Below are positions 32,512-42,861 of a stretch of DNA of 64,000 nt, one piece after another. Numbering within the stretch: position 1 is the stretch's first letter; the number at the start of each line of letters is the position of its first letter. Origin of the DNA: Diplonema japonicum (lineage: Eukaryota > Protista > Euglenozoa: Diplonemea); contig OZ025732.1 of assembly GCA_964019335.1 (NCBI GenBank), positions 62,001 through 126,000 of the forward strand, read 5' to 3'. The translations under genes were made by a program, and so were the position numbers. The notes under the pieces were generated by a model. The model worked only from the letters and a program-made list of their open reading frames with translations. It ran no database searches and was not told where the DNA came from.

Positions 32512-33465
32512 ATGGGCAAGAAGAAAGACAAGCACAAGGAGAAGGCAAAGCCGGAAGGGAACGGGGCCAGCACGCAGCTGGCCCAGTCCAAGGCCAGGGA
32601 GGAGCGGCGGGTGGAGAGGATGCTCCGCAGCGCGGGAGCAGCCGGGGAGCTGGGGCAGCTCCTGACACCGGAGCACCGGGAGAAGATGACGGGGGTGGTC
32701 ACCGTAATTGACCTCCTCACGCCCGACGCCGCCGCCGCTACAGCCGGCCCAGCGACACCTGTCGCCTCCACCCCGACCGGCTCCGTCAAAAGGCCGGTTT
32801 CGCCTGACGCCAGCGTCGCCACCCCGACCTCCAGCAAAAAAGCTAGGAGGAAGGCCGCCAGAGCCGCGCGCGCTGACGCTGCCGCCGAAGCCGCACACAT
32901 AGCTGACGCCACACACCCCCTCGAAGCCGCACGCACTGCGGCCGACGTCGAACTCGCGGGAATCGCTGCTGATTTGGAAGCTGCACGCGAGTCGGCCGAC
33001 GTGGTAGCTGCAGAAATAGCAGCTAAGATGAAGGCTGCGCAGGAGGTGGCTGATGCTGCTGTTGTCAAAATGGCAGCCGAGACGGAAGCTGCACGCGTGG
33101 CTGGTGTGGAGGCTGCTCGCAGAGCAGTCGAGGCAGAGGAGAAGGCTCTGCGCGAGCGGTCTACTGCACGACTTGCGGCAGAGGAGAAGGAGGCTGCGCG
33201 TGCTGCGGCCGAGATGAAAGCAGCCGAGGAGAAGAAGGCTACAGCCGCAGCCGCTGCAGCCGAGAAGAAGAAAGCCGCAGCCGCCGCCGCCGCCGAGAAG
33301 AAGGCCGACGCCGAGAAGAAAGCAGCAGCCGCCGCCGCCGCCGAGAAGAAGGCCGCAGCCGCCGCCGCCGCCGAGGAGAAGGCCGCCGCCGAGAAGAAAG
33401 CCGCAGCCGCCGCCGCCGCCGCCGAGAAGAAGGCCGCTGCCGACGCCGCCAGGAAGAAAGCTGCA

Positions 33466-33496
<31 letters not shown>

Positions 33497-35422
33497 AGAA
33501 GGAGACCGCAGCCGCAGCCGCCGCCGCCGAGGAGAAGAAGAAGGTCGCAGCCACCGCCGCCGCCGAAAAGGAAGCCGCCGCAGCCGCTGCCAAAAAGGAG
33601 GAAGCTTTGAGGTTGGCGGCCGCCAAGAAGGCAGATGCCCAGAAGGTCGAGGACGAAGCAGTCGCGAACGCTTCCGCCAACGCGTCAACAGACCAAGGCA
33701 CGCTCCTCCTCAGCTCAGACTCTGACACCAGCTCTGGCCCTGAGGAGATGGAGGACGACCCTGCCCCTGCCCCTTCCACAACCCCGCGATGGGACCTGGT
33801 GCCAGACACATGGGACGCCCCGATCTACACTAACGTGTCCCCCCCGACGGAAACATCCCGCGCTGTCATTGCGCTCCGGAATGGGGGTCGTGTGCTCCGC
33901 GTTACCTACGGCATCCATCACCTTTGTCCTTATGACAGAGGTCCCCGGTGTCACCACCCCCAGCGAGATTGTCATGGTCTCTGGGTCGCGCGCAGTGAAC
34001 AGGAGGGTCCACGTCTCCACGTTCGGGCTGGACCCCCCCACCTACACCCCGCCTTCCACCTTCAACAGCGGATCGGAGGTCGTCTACGTCTGTGTCAGTG
34101 CAGACAGCCTGAAGGAGGCGAAGGCCAGGGTCCTGGAGCTCGCCAAGGCTCAGGGCGCGGTGGTGGAGGATCGTGCGGTCTTCCGCCCAAGGAAGTTCGG
34201 TGAGGAGGAACCGCGGGCGAGGCACTGGACCCACGAGGTGGGGCTGCGCCTGCAAGCAGCACACGTCCACGCCGTCCTGCGCCGGTCCGGGGACGGGTGC
34301 ATGATCCGGACGACGGAGAGACGCGGGGGGTACGCTTATGTACCCATCGTGGCGGAAGGGAGGGCGGATGCCTTTCGGATTGCGGGGACGCTGGGTGGGT
34401 TGTCTCTCGGGGTGGCGCACCGTAAGGGATGGACTGTGCGGTGCCTACCGGAGACGGAACAGCGGCTCCGGGAAACCCTCGCAAAACTGCGTACGAAGCG
34501 CAAGTTTTTGCTCACCGGGGCCCCGCCGTCCACCACCAGGGCGGCCTTCGATGAAATGATGGACCACATCGGCTGGAAACCATCCTCCGTCCTGCGGCGC
34601 ACGCAGACGATGTTCCAGGGCACGAGGCAACTCGTGTTCTTCATCGTCGTCGACAGCCCGCCCCCGAAGTCCAGGACGTGGCTCCTTGGGGGGCGCCTTG
34701 TCTGCCTCCGTGATGCGGACGACCACCCGACCGTCAAGCCGCCCCCTCTCATCAACAGGACGACACCTGCATCTGCACCTGCGCTTGCAACGTCCTCGAC
34801 CCCGGCACCCACATCTTCTCATGTACCTGCACCTGCGCCTACACCTGTACCTGACCCGGCACCTGTATCGGCGTCGACACCCTCGGGGACTGACCCTGCG
34901 GTGAAAGCAACTGGGCTTCCTCCCACCAGCCCGTGGGCGTCCATACCGAGCTCGGTGGCTCCCCCCCAGCTCGACACTGTGACGTCCCCTACACCGCCCC
35001 GCAACGTGTCTGGGGGAAACAAGGAGGGGGTCCCTTCCGGGTCGCCTGAGGTCGCCGCTCTCACTGAGCTCGTCGCCACGCTGAAGGAGTCGATCGTCGG
35101 GCTGCAGAGGACGATCGACTCTCAGCAGGAGATGATCTCCGATCTGCGGACGACGCTCCGCCTCCTCCTGCCGCAGGCGGCCACGCTGACGACGGGAACG
35201 GCAGTGCCGCGGGACCCTACACCGGGGGCGACGACGACACACGACAGTGTCTGGAAAGGGAAGGGGAAGGGGAAGAAGGGGGCTCCTCCTCTCGCTACGA
35301 CCTCTGAGGCTGCGGTGACGAACCTGGGTACGAGGGGGCGGGCCAGGTCGTTCGCGGAGACCAAAGATCTCTTCACCAATGGGGTCAAGGGGCGCTCTGC
35401 CTCCATGGGTCCATCCAATTGA
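32512..35422 (+). CDS. Ingi-1 ORF1 (Ala/Glu/Lys coiled coil, globular middle, C-terminal coiled coil), split by a frameshift near 33880
   Basis: Overlapping ORFs 32512-34203 and 33635-35422; the protein-like composition switches frame near VIALR/MGVVCSAL. Confidence 0.65.
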
Positions 35423-35563
35423 AGGGGCCCCGCAGAACAGGGGGAGCAGCAGATCTACGACCATGCTCCCTCTCCTAGTCTCCCTCGCATCCTCCCCAGG
35501 AGACTCCTACCTCTCTGTTTCTTCACCGACTTTTCTGCACTGATCCCCACCCTACTCGGGAGG

Positions 35564-38500
35564 ATGTCCGTCAGGGACCTGCTGGGGCTGCTTGGGCTGG
35601 TCGAAACAAACCCTGGCCCACCCAAGAAGCTGCCGCCCCCGTCGCCTAAGGGTCTCAAGGTTGTCTCGTGGAACTGCAACGGCCTCGTTGCGAAATGGAC
35701 CGTCGTATCTCGCCATGCTGACTTCTTGTCGCTGGACATCATCATGATACAGGAGACGCACCTGAGGGAAGGGCACGACACGCCACACCTGCCTGGGTAC
35801 AGGTCATACAGGAGGGATCGGTTGACACCGGTGACTGACGGCACTGCGACGAGGGGTGGTGGTATTGTCACGTATGTCCGCGACGATCTTGCCTCGGAGG
35901 AGGTTCCGCACGTACTCCCGGCTGGGGACTGTGTCACTGAGAGACTGGATGTGAGGATCTCCTGCGAGAAGCGTGAGCCGATCACTCTCTCCAACGTTTA
36001 CCTTACACCGGTAAGCGCGAGCAGAGGCACGAGGGACCCTGAGTACCTGCGGCCTGGCAGCCTTCCCATGGGGAAGAACACAGTCATAGCGGGTGACTTC
36101 AATGCTCATCACAGCTCCTGGGACGCCACGGTGACGACGCCGAACGAGAGGGGGAACGTGGTCAGGGACTGGCTGGACACCCACGGGTACACCGTCTACA
36201 ACGACCGCAACGAACCGACGAGGGACTCGTCACGACACGTTCTGGACCTGGTTGTGGGGCGCTGCGCGAAGCTTGAGCCGAAGACGCTGGGCACGTGGGG
36301 CTCCGATCATAGTCCCGTATCCTTTCACCTGCCTCTTGAGGACGTCTACCGTTCGGAGCGCCCCTTCCCCACCTGGAATTTTAAAAAAGCCAGATGGGAT
36401 GACTACACTGCTGCTGTTGCCCGCCTGCTTGCTGGTGTTGACACGGCGGCTCCGATTGACTCTGTCACGAAGGGGTTTACACAAGCCCTTTTGACTGCGG
36501 CGAACGACCACATTCCCCTCTGTGGGATGCGACGTGGCCCGACCCCCTGGTGGACTGCTGAGCTCGAGGACGCCTTCGAAGAGCGGAACACCCTGCGCGA
36601 ACTCCTGCTTCAAGAGGCGGACGTGGTGGAGGAGTACAGGGCGAAGGTGAAGGAAGTCAACCGACTCCTTGACGAGACGAAGCGTGAGGCATGGGGAAGG
36701 ATGGCGGCCGACCTCAGCCGGAGCAAGGACCTCGGGGCTGCGTTCAGAGCGGTGAAGAAGCTGGACGGCAGGCACCGAAAGACACACCTTCCTGTACTCG
36801 AGGGAAGATTTGTGTCGGACAAGGCGAAGGCCGACCGGCTGGGGGCGCACTTCGCTAAGCTCTACGGCAGGCGTGGTGACGGGAACTCGAAGGACGCCGC
36901 TCCTTCTGCAAGCAGACTCGGGTGTCAAGCGTTCACCGTGGACGACCTCACCCGCGGCCTGAGAAGGATGAAGACGCGCAGCGCGGCCGGGGAAGACGGA
37001 ATCTTCTCGGAGATGCTCCTACACCTGAACACGGACTCTCTCGGTGTCCTCCTTCTACTCCTCAATCGCTCCTGGCTGATGGGTGTCGTCCCCGGTGCCT
37101 GGAAGAAGGGAGTGATCGTCCCGGTACCGAAACCTGGAAAAGATGCGACTCTCTTGGCTTCCTACCGGCCGATCTGCCTGACCAGCTGCCTCTGCAAGCT
37201 GCTGGAGAGGATGATCGAGGAGAGGCTCACGTTTCTTCTTGACGCGGACGGGACGGGAGTCGAGGGACTCCACGACAGCCAGGCTGGTTTCAGACGCGGC
37301 CGCTCCACGGAGGAGCAGGTGGCAACCCTCACTGAGTGCATGTCGAGGAACAAAGACGATCGACGTCTCTCGGCCGCTCTGCTGTTCGACTTCTCTTCTG
37401 CCTTCGACCTGGTGCCCCATGGTGCCCTGCTGGACAAGATGCGAGGGAAGGGTCTCCCCGAACCCTTCGTGGAGTGGACGCGGTCCTTTCTATGCGGCCG
37501 TACTGCTGCGGTCACGATTGGACGGTCGAGGGGGTCGACGACGAAGGTGCGACGGGGTGTCCCCCAGGGCTCTGTCTTGGGTCCCATCCTGTACACCATC
37601 TACGTCGACGAACTCGCCAGGAGACTGGAGGGACTGGCGGACGTCTCGGTGCTCTACGCCGACGACGTGGCGGTTGTGATCTCCTCTGGACAAGGGGACG
37701 TGGCTGGGCTGGAGCGGAAGGCGCAGGCAGTGGTGGATGCGGTTGAGGACTGGTGCAGGGAGCGTGACATGCTGCTGAGCACGTCCAAGACGCAGGCAGT
37801 CTGCGTCCCCCCCCAGAAACGTCTCGGGGTCTACTTCACTTCGTCACGAGTCCCCCTTCAGCCAGGTGCCTTCCAGAACCCGCTCTTCGGCCTGGGGGTG
37901 AACGCCGATGGCACGATCTCCGGGGACCAGGAGCTGGCGGGCCTTCAGGTTGTGGAGGCGGGTGGTGTGCGGATCCGCTGCGTGCGGGACATGCATGCAG
38001 CCGTGCGACGGCCCGACGTGGACTACGTTGCGGCCCGTCCCCTGCCTCTGTCTGAACACGCGAGGTACCTTGGGGTTACGGTGGACTCTGGGCTCACGTT
38101 CGGTGAACACGCACAGGACATCCTACGGCGGGCCAGCAAAAGGCTGAGGGTGCTGAAGCTCTTGTCCGGCACGTCCTGGGGCAGCAAGAGGGACACTCTG
38201 CGGTCTCTCTACGTTACGTACATCCTCCCGCTGCTGCGCTACTGCATGGGGGTCTACTACAGCAGGCTCGATGATGTCGGGAGGAAGGACCTGGCTGGGC
38301 TTCACCAGGAGGCGGCGGTGCTGATCACGGGCTGCTGGAGTGGCTCCGGAGGGTACAAGCTCCTAGCTGAGGCAGGACTGCTTCCCCTCGAAAGAATGGC
38401 GGAGGGTGCTGCGGCGACGATGACGGCGAAGGCCTTCTGCTGGCAGTCTTCCCCGGTTCACAGGGAGACGGTCAAGCTGAAGCAGGCGAACAGGCTGGGG

Positions 38501-39712
38501 TGTGGGTGGCTGCGCTCTGGCTACCAAGCACTGCGTCGATGCGGGTTGGAACCAAAGGTGCACTTCGAGTACCTGTCGGCTACGCCCCTGGCGGCCCCGT
38601 GGCAGACAGGCATGGTCGACTTCAGGACTGACCTCCCCGGCGGGGTCACGCGATCGTCGCCAGACGCGGACAGGCGGAAGGCGGCCGAGGCTGCTCTTGC
38701 GGCTCTCCCCCCGGGCATCCATGCCTACACGGATGGCTCGGTTGTACAGGTCGGACAGAAGGCGAAAGGTGGCTCTGGGGTTTATCTACAGCTGCCTCCC
38801 CCCCTGACCCCTGTGTCTGTGTGCCATGGCGTCAACGACTTCTGTTCATCTTTTCGGGCAGAGGGCATGGCTGTGAAAACGGCGCTGGATATGGTGGCTA
38901 CCCTCCGAAAAACACACCCTTCGCTGGCGAAGTCCCCGCTGTCGATCTGCACCGACTCCCTCTCCCTCGTCGAGCAGCTGCGAGCTGGCCCAACGCGACA
39001 GAGGGAGAAGCTCGACCACCAGACGTGGAGCCGGCTGGTGACCGCGGCGCGCACGCAGGGGACACCGGTGGTCCTCCAGTTTGTGCCCTCCCACTGTGGG
39101 GTGGACGGGAACGAGAAGGCTGACGCTCTGGCCGGGGAGGGAACGAAGCGGAAGCAGGACAGGCCCTCCCTTGACTACCGATCAGTGAGGGCCCTGGTGC
39201 GACGGTGGGTGGTGCGGAGGTCCACGGAGCTCATAACATCCCTCGCCCACAACTACGCGGTGGCGACCGAGCTTCGGTCTGCGCACTTCCCCCTTGGCTT
39301 CCCCAGACAAGCTGAAACGGTCATCTCGCGGCTGCGGATTGGTCACTCGGCTCTCTTCTTCGGCTTCCTGCAGACTGCTGGCCCGAACAGGAAGCACAAG
39401 GGTGTGCTCCGGTGCCCAGCCTGCCACGCAGCACCGATGTCCAGGGAGCATGTTGTCGGTGGGTGCCCTGTGATCGGGAGGGGGGCGATCGACACTCCTG
39501 CTGGTACTCCCTCCCTAGCGTTCTCCCTGTCGAGACGCGTGACCCAGATCTACGACCTCATTGTTGAGTCTGGCCTGCTCGCCTGGTCACGCTCCGGACT
39601 GTTCACCTCGCCATCATCCCTGGCGTCTACAGACGTCACTGCACCTTCAAACGTGCCGCCTCCTCCTCCGGTCTCTCTTGACGCCGGTCCCGCGGCCCCC
39701 GTGCTGCGCTAA
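35564..39712 (+). CDS. Ingi-1 ORF2: 2A-like motif, AP endonuclease, reverse transcriptase, RNase H, zinc knuckle
   Basis: VETNPGP; SWNCNG/QETH/GDFNAHH/SDH; GVPQGSVLGP/YADD/RYLG; YTDGS/PSHCGVDGNEKAD; CPAC..H..CP. Confidence 0.96.
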   Translation: MSVRDLLGLLGLVETNPGPPKKLPPPSPKGLKVVSWNCNGLVAKWTVVSRHADFLSLDIIMIQETHLREGHDTPHLPGYRSYRRDRLTPVTDGTATRGGGIVTYVRDDLASEEVPHVLPAGDCVTERLDVRISCEKREPITLSNVYLTPVSASRGTRDPEYLRPGSLPMGKNTVIAGDFNAHHSSWDATVTTPNERGNVVRDWLDTHGYTVYNDRNEPTRDSSRHVLDLVVGRCAKLEPKTLGTWGSDHSPVSFHLPLEDVYRSERPFPTWNFKKARWDDYTAAVARLLAGVDTAAPIDSVTKGFTQALLTAANDHIPLCGMRRGPTPWWTAELEDAFEERNTLRELLLQEADVVEEYRAKVKEVNRLLDETKREAWGRMAADLSRSKDLGAAFRAVKKLDGRHRKTHLPVLEGRFVSDKAKADRLGAHFAKLYGRRGDGNSKDAAPSASRLGCQAFTVDDLTRGLRRMKTRSAAGEDGIFSEMLLHLNTDSLGVLLLLLNRSWLMGVVPGAWKKGVIVPVPKPGKDATLLASYRPICLTSCLCKLLERMIEERLTFLLDADGTGVEGLHDSQAGFRRGRSTEEQVATLTECMSRNKDDRRLSAALLFDFSSAFDLVPHGALLDKMRGKGLPEPFVEWTRSFLCGRTAAVTIGRSRGSTTKVRRGVPQGSVLGPILYTIYVDELARRLEGLADVSVLYADDVAVVISSGQGDVAGLERKAQAVVDAVEDWCRERDMLLSTSKTQAVCVPPQKRLGVYFTSSRVPLQPGAFQNPLFGLGVNADGTISGDQELAGLQVVEAGGVRIRCVRDMHAAVRRPDVDYVAARPLPLSEHARYLGVTVDSGLTFGEHAQDILRRASKRLRVLKLLSGTSWGSKRDTLRSLYVTYILPLLRYCMGVYYSRLDDVGRKDLAGLHQEAAVLITGCWSGSGGYKLLAEAGLLPLERMAEGAAATMTAKAFCWQSSPVHRETVKLKQANRLGCGWLRSGYQALRRCGLEPKVHFEYLSATPLAAPWQTGMVDFRTDLPGGVTRSSPDADRRKAAEAALAALPPGIHAYTDGSVVQVGQKAKGGSGVYLQLPPPLTPVSVCHGVNDFCSSFRAEGMAVKTALDMVATLRKTHPSLAKSPLSICTDSLSLVEQLRAGPTRQREKLDHQTWSRLVTAARTQGTPVVLQFVPSHCGVDGNEKADALAGEGTKRKQDRPSLDYRSVRALVRRWVVRRSTELITSLAHNYAVATELRSAHFPLGFPRQAETVISRLRIGHSALFFGFLQTAGPNRKHKGVLRCPACHAAPMSREHVVGGCPVIGRGAIDTPAGTPSLAFSLSRRVTQIYDLIVESGLLAWSRSGLFTSPSSLASTDVTAPSNVPPPPPVSLDAGPAAPVLR

Positions 39713-40565
39713 GGGATCGCCCCGTGTGTGTGTGTTAAATGGAATGTTGTGTTTCCCACTTTCCTTTCCCTTCCCTTCCTTTCCCTTCCCTTCCCTTCCT
39801 TTCCCTTCCTTCTCCTTCCTCTCACTGTTTCCCATTTCCCCTTTTATTTCACACTCACCAATGATTCGCTCAATAGGAGCAATACCTCCCTGGGGGGCTT
39901 TCCGCCGGAGGTTCCAGCCAAAGAAGGACATCCAGCTGGAAGGTAGGCCCCCGTTTTTCTCTCACTTGACTGAGGGAATAATGTAATTCAGCCCTCTTCG
40001 GCTGTCCCAAAGCAGAGCACGGGTTGGTGGGGGACCAGGGCTCCTCCTGCTTGCAGAAGCCTGGTCCTTTGCCCTCCCTATTTCCCCATGGTTTCCCTTC
40101 ACCTTTTTTTTTCCCTTTTCTCAGGTGTTGCTCTCCATGGCGGCCCTGCATTGGTATTTTGAAAAAAAAAAAAAAAAAAAAAAAAAGAAAACACGGAAAA
40201 GGAATCACCTAAGTGGTTACCACACAGGCCCCTTGTTTTGGAAACCCCGGTTCGAATCTGGGAATCTCACTTTTTACGTCACTCAAGGATCTGGTCGCCT
40301 CTCAACAGAAGGGGAGAGAGGTGGGCTTGGCAAGCCAGCAGCGGTGACAGCTGCTAGTGGGGCAACCTCAGCAACCCAGGCAGCAGCCCCACAGGTCCAG
40401 ACCGAGGTCCTGTCAGCACCCATGGACGCACAGCCCGCACCACACAGGAGATGCCTTGACAATCAATATCAACCATAAGCACCCCCAATAAGATTTGTAA
40501 CTTGTAACTTGTAACCTGTAATACCCCACCCTTTCAAATCTGACTGACGTTAAATAAAACAACGG

Positions 40566-40714
40566 ATTTAGTGAAAATAGATCCGATTTTCACTTGTGGT
40601 GGCATGTTTAACTCGTTGATGTTACTTCACTCGCTTCGCTCGTGAAGTCATATACCCACTCGTTAAACCACTGCCACCACGCGTGAAAATCATACGATCT
40701 TATTTTCACTAAAT
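40566..40714. repeat. Fold-back (palindromic) MITE-like element
   Basis: Nested inverted repeats ATTTAGTGAAAATA/TATTTTCACTAAAT, GATTTTCAC/GTGAAAATC, GTGGTGGCA/TGCCACCAC and ACTTCAC/GTGAAGT. Confidence 0.85.
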
Positions 40715-40723
40715 AAATAGTTA

Positions 40724-40958
40724 TTATTTTTATTTTTATTTTTATTTTTATTTTTATTTTTATTTTTATTTTTATTTTTATTTTTATTTTTATTTTTATT
40801 TTTATTTTTATTTTTATTTTTATTTTTATTTTTATTTTTATTTTTATTTTTATTTTTATTTTTATTTTTATTTTTATTTTTATTTTTATTTTTATTTTTA
40901 TTTTTATTTTTATTTTTATTTTTATTTTTAGTTTTATTTTTAATTTTTATTTTTATTT
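40724..40958 (+). repeat. (TTTTTA)n microsatellite
   Basis: Read directly from the sequence. Confidence 0.97.
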
Positions 40959-41468
40959 TGTTGTTTCTTTTTCTTATTTTTCTTTCTATCTTAAAATTTT
41001 TAATCTTCCTAGTTTAAAAGTTTAAAAGAAAGAAAATGAAAAAGATTGTTTGATATGGGTTCTAGGTTTTTAGAAAAAAAAAAAAAGAAAGAACATATTC
41101 CGAGGGTGGTTTAGGAAAGAGAAAACTTTTTCTTTCTTTTTATTTTTCTTTTTTCTTTTCCCCCCCTCCATCTCTTCCTCTCAAGTTTGATAGCCCTCCC
41201 TCCCCCCCCACTTTCTTGAACTTCTTTTCACCTCTTTCCCCCCCTACCTCTCCGTGGTTCCCAGTGAACATGAAAGAAGTGAAAGTAAATAAAAAAAGCC
41301 TTTCCCGTCCCTTGTTCACTCCGCCGTGCACCCCGATATCCTCCTCCCTTTAGTTTCTTCCCCCTAGTTTCGCACGGGTGGGTCCATTGTTATTTGCCAA
41401 AAAAAAAAAAAAAAAAAAAAAAAAAGTGTAAAGTGTTAAACAGCCAGCAAAGCTTGTGGAAAGAGAAC

Positions 41469-42861
41469 GGGAAACGGGATGTGGAGCTCATGCAAATAGA
41501 CAACGCCAGCACACAGCCGCTGCCGTGGGTACGCAATGTGGAGGGAAGGAGATGCCTCGTGCAAACGGCGGGGGAGCTCGAAGGAGTGGGAGGAATCGTC
41601 GCAGAATTCTTGAACCCGCTGCTGCAGTGGTTGTCACAGCTACGATGGGTGAAGGAGGACACCAGCTCTGAAGTGTCAGCGGTGGAATTGGCCATCGACT
41701 TCGAATGGACGACAGGCAAGTTACTGGGAGGTCTGCTGGAAGATAGGGCTCGCAAGATGAAAGCACTGATAAGAAAGCTGAACGCGGCATGCAGGGCACG
41801 GAAGAAGCCACGCCCCTTCCCAGCGGCAGAGAGTGAAGTCCCTCATCGCAATAGGTGGGAAGACGGCTATGGGTTTCGCCAGGAGGCCCATCTTCGCCAC
41901 CCACTCCACGCACGACAAGCTGATGGAACTGAAAGCCGCTTACAAGCTAGACCGCATCACACGACTCCGCAAGACGCTCAAGGCCTCGATTGGAACGAAG
42001 CACCCGCTCTTTGACTCCGAGACCCCAGGAGGCGATAAAGCTAGGCCTTCGGGGAAGACCCCTCTCCTGATCACCTACAACGTACGAACAAACGCCCGAG
42101 CCCGAGGACGGTCCCGCACTCCCCGCGGCCAAGCGAGATCTCGCTGCGACGCGGCCGAACACCAGGATCACTGGGCTCGTCGCCCTCCGGAGGCTCACCA
42201 AGGATGCAGGCGTTGACGGCCCTGAGGACCTGGATGAGCTTCGACATCTGGGCTTTCTTTCCAAGGGCGAGGCCATTTTTGACCCCAATTGCATGTCCAG
42301 GGCGTGCACTCACTTCTTGGGTGAGGCCCCCCTGGTCGCGGTCCCCCTCGACACACGGGTTGCGATCCCGTGCCTGCTGATCTGTCACGGCTCGACGTGG
42401 CACTACGCATCCCGCCAGGAACAGGGCTTTCTGCTGCAAACCCAAGGGTTCGGGGACAAGTCCTACTCGACCGTGGCAGCCCTGCTCGCTGACTTTGTAG
42501 GGGCCGGGACCCTCTATTACAACGAATCGCAGTGGTCGACTGTCCTGCATTCCTACAACTAGGAACAATCGGAAACAACCCTACACAATACAATGTAGGA
42601 GTGCCGGCCCGGCGTGCTACGAGGGCGATAGGCTATGCAAGGTTTCACAGACCTCGCACCCTATTATTTAGTTTCCACCCTTTCCGTTTTCTTTCCAATT
42701 TTAAGCTTGTTATTACCCTTTCTGCTTTTTCCTTTTCCTACATGTTTTCGGTCCCGGGTATGACGTTAAACTGCGTCCGCCGACGCGTCTGAACCAGCAC
42801 TTCCTTCTTTTCCTTTTTCGCTTCGTTCCGTTATTTTCATTATTCTTTCCGGCGATAGACT
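41469..42861 (+). mobile_element. Longest Fam-D copy (frameshifted ORF to 42562; 3' end displaced by Ingi-2)
   Basis: Extends the 10174 ORF upstream (ELAIDFEWTTGKLL...). Confidence 0.8.

Larger units (their letters stand above)
32512..40190 (+). mobile_element. Ingi-1 near full-length non-LTR retrotransposon (Ingi/I-group-like)
   Basis: ORF1-like region, intact APE-RT-RNaseH ORF, 3' UTR and poly(A) at ~40162. Confidence 0.93.

Noticed and set aside
32277-33809. 510-aa minus-strand ORF and other long antisense ORFs over LINEs
   Set aside because: Shadows of GC-rich or low-complexity + strand coding sequence.
40724-40958. Telomeric repeat
   Set aside because: TTTTTA has no G-rich strand and is interstitial.
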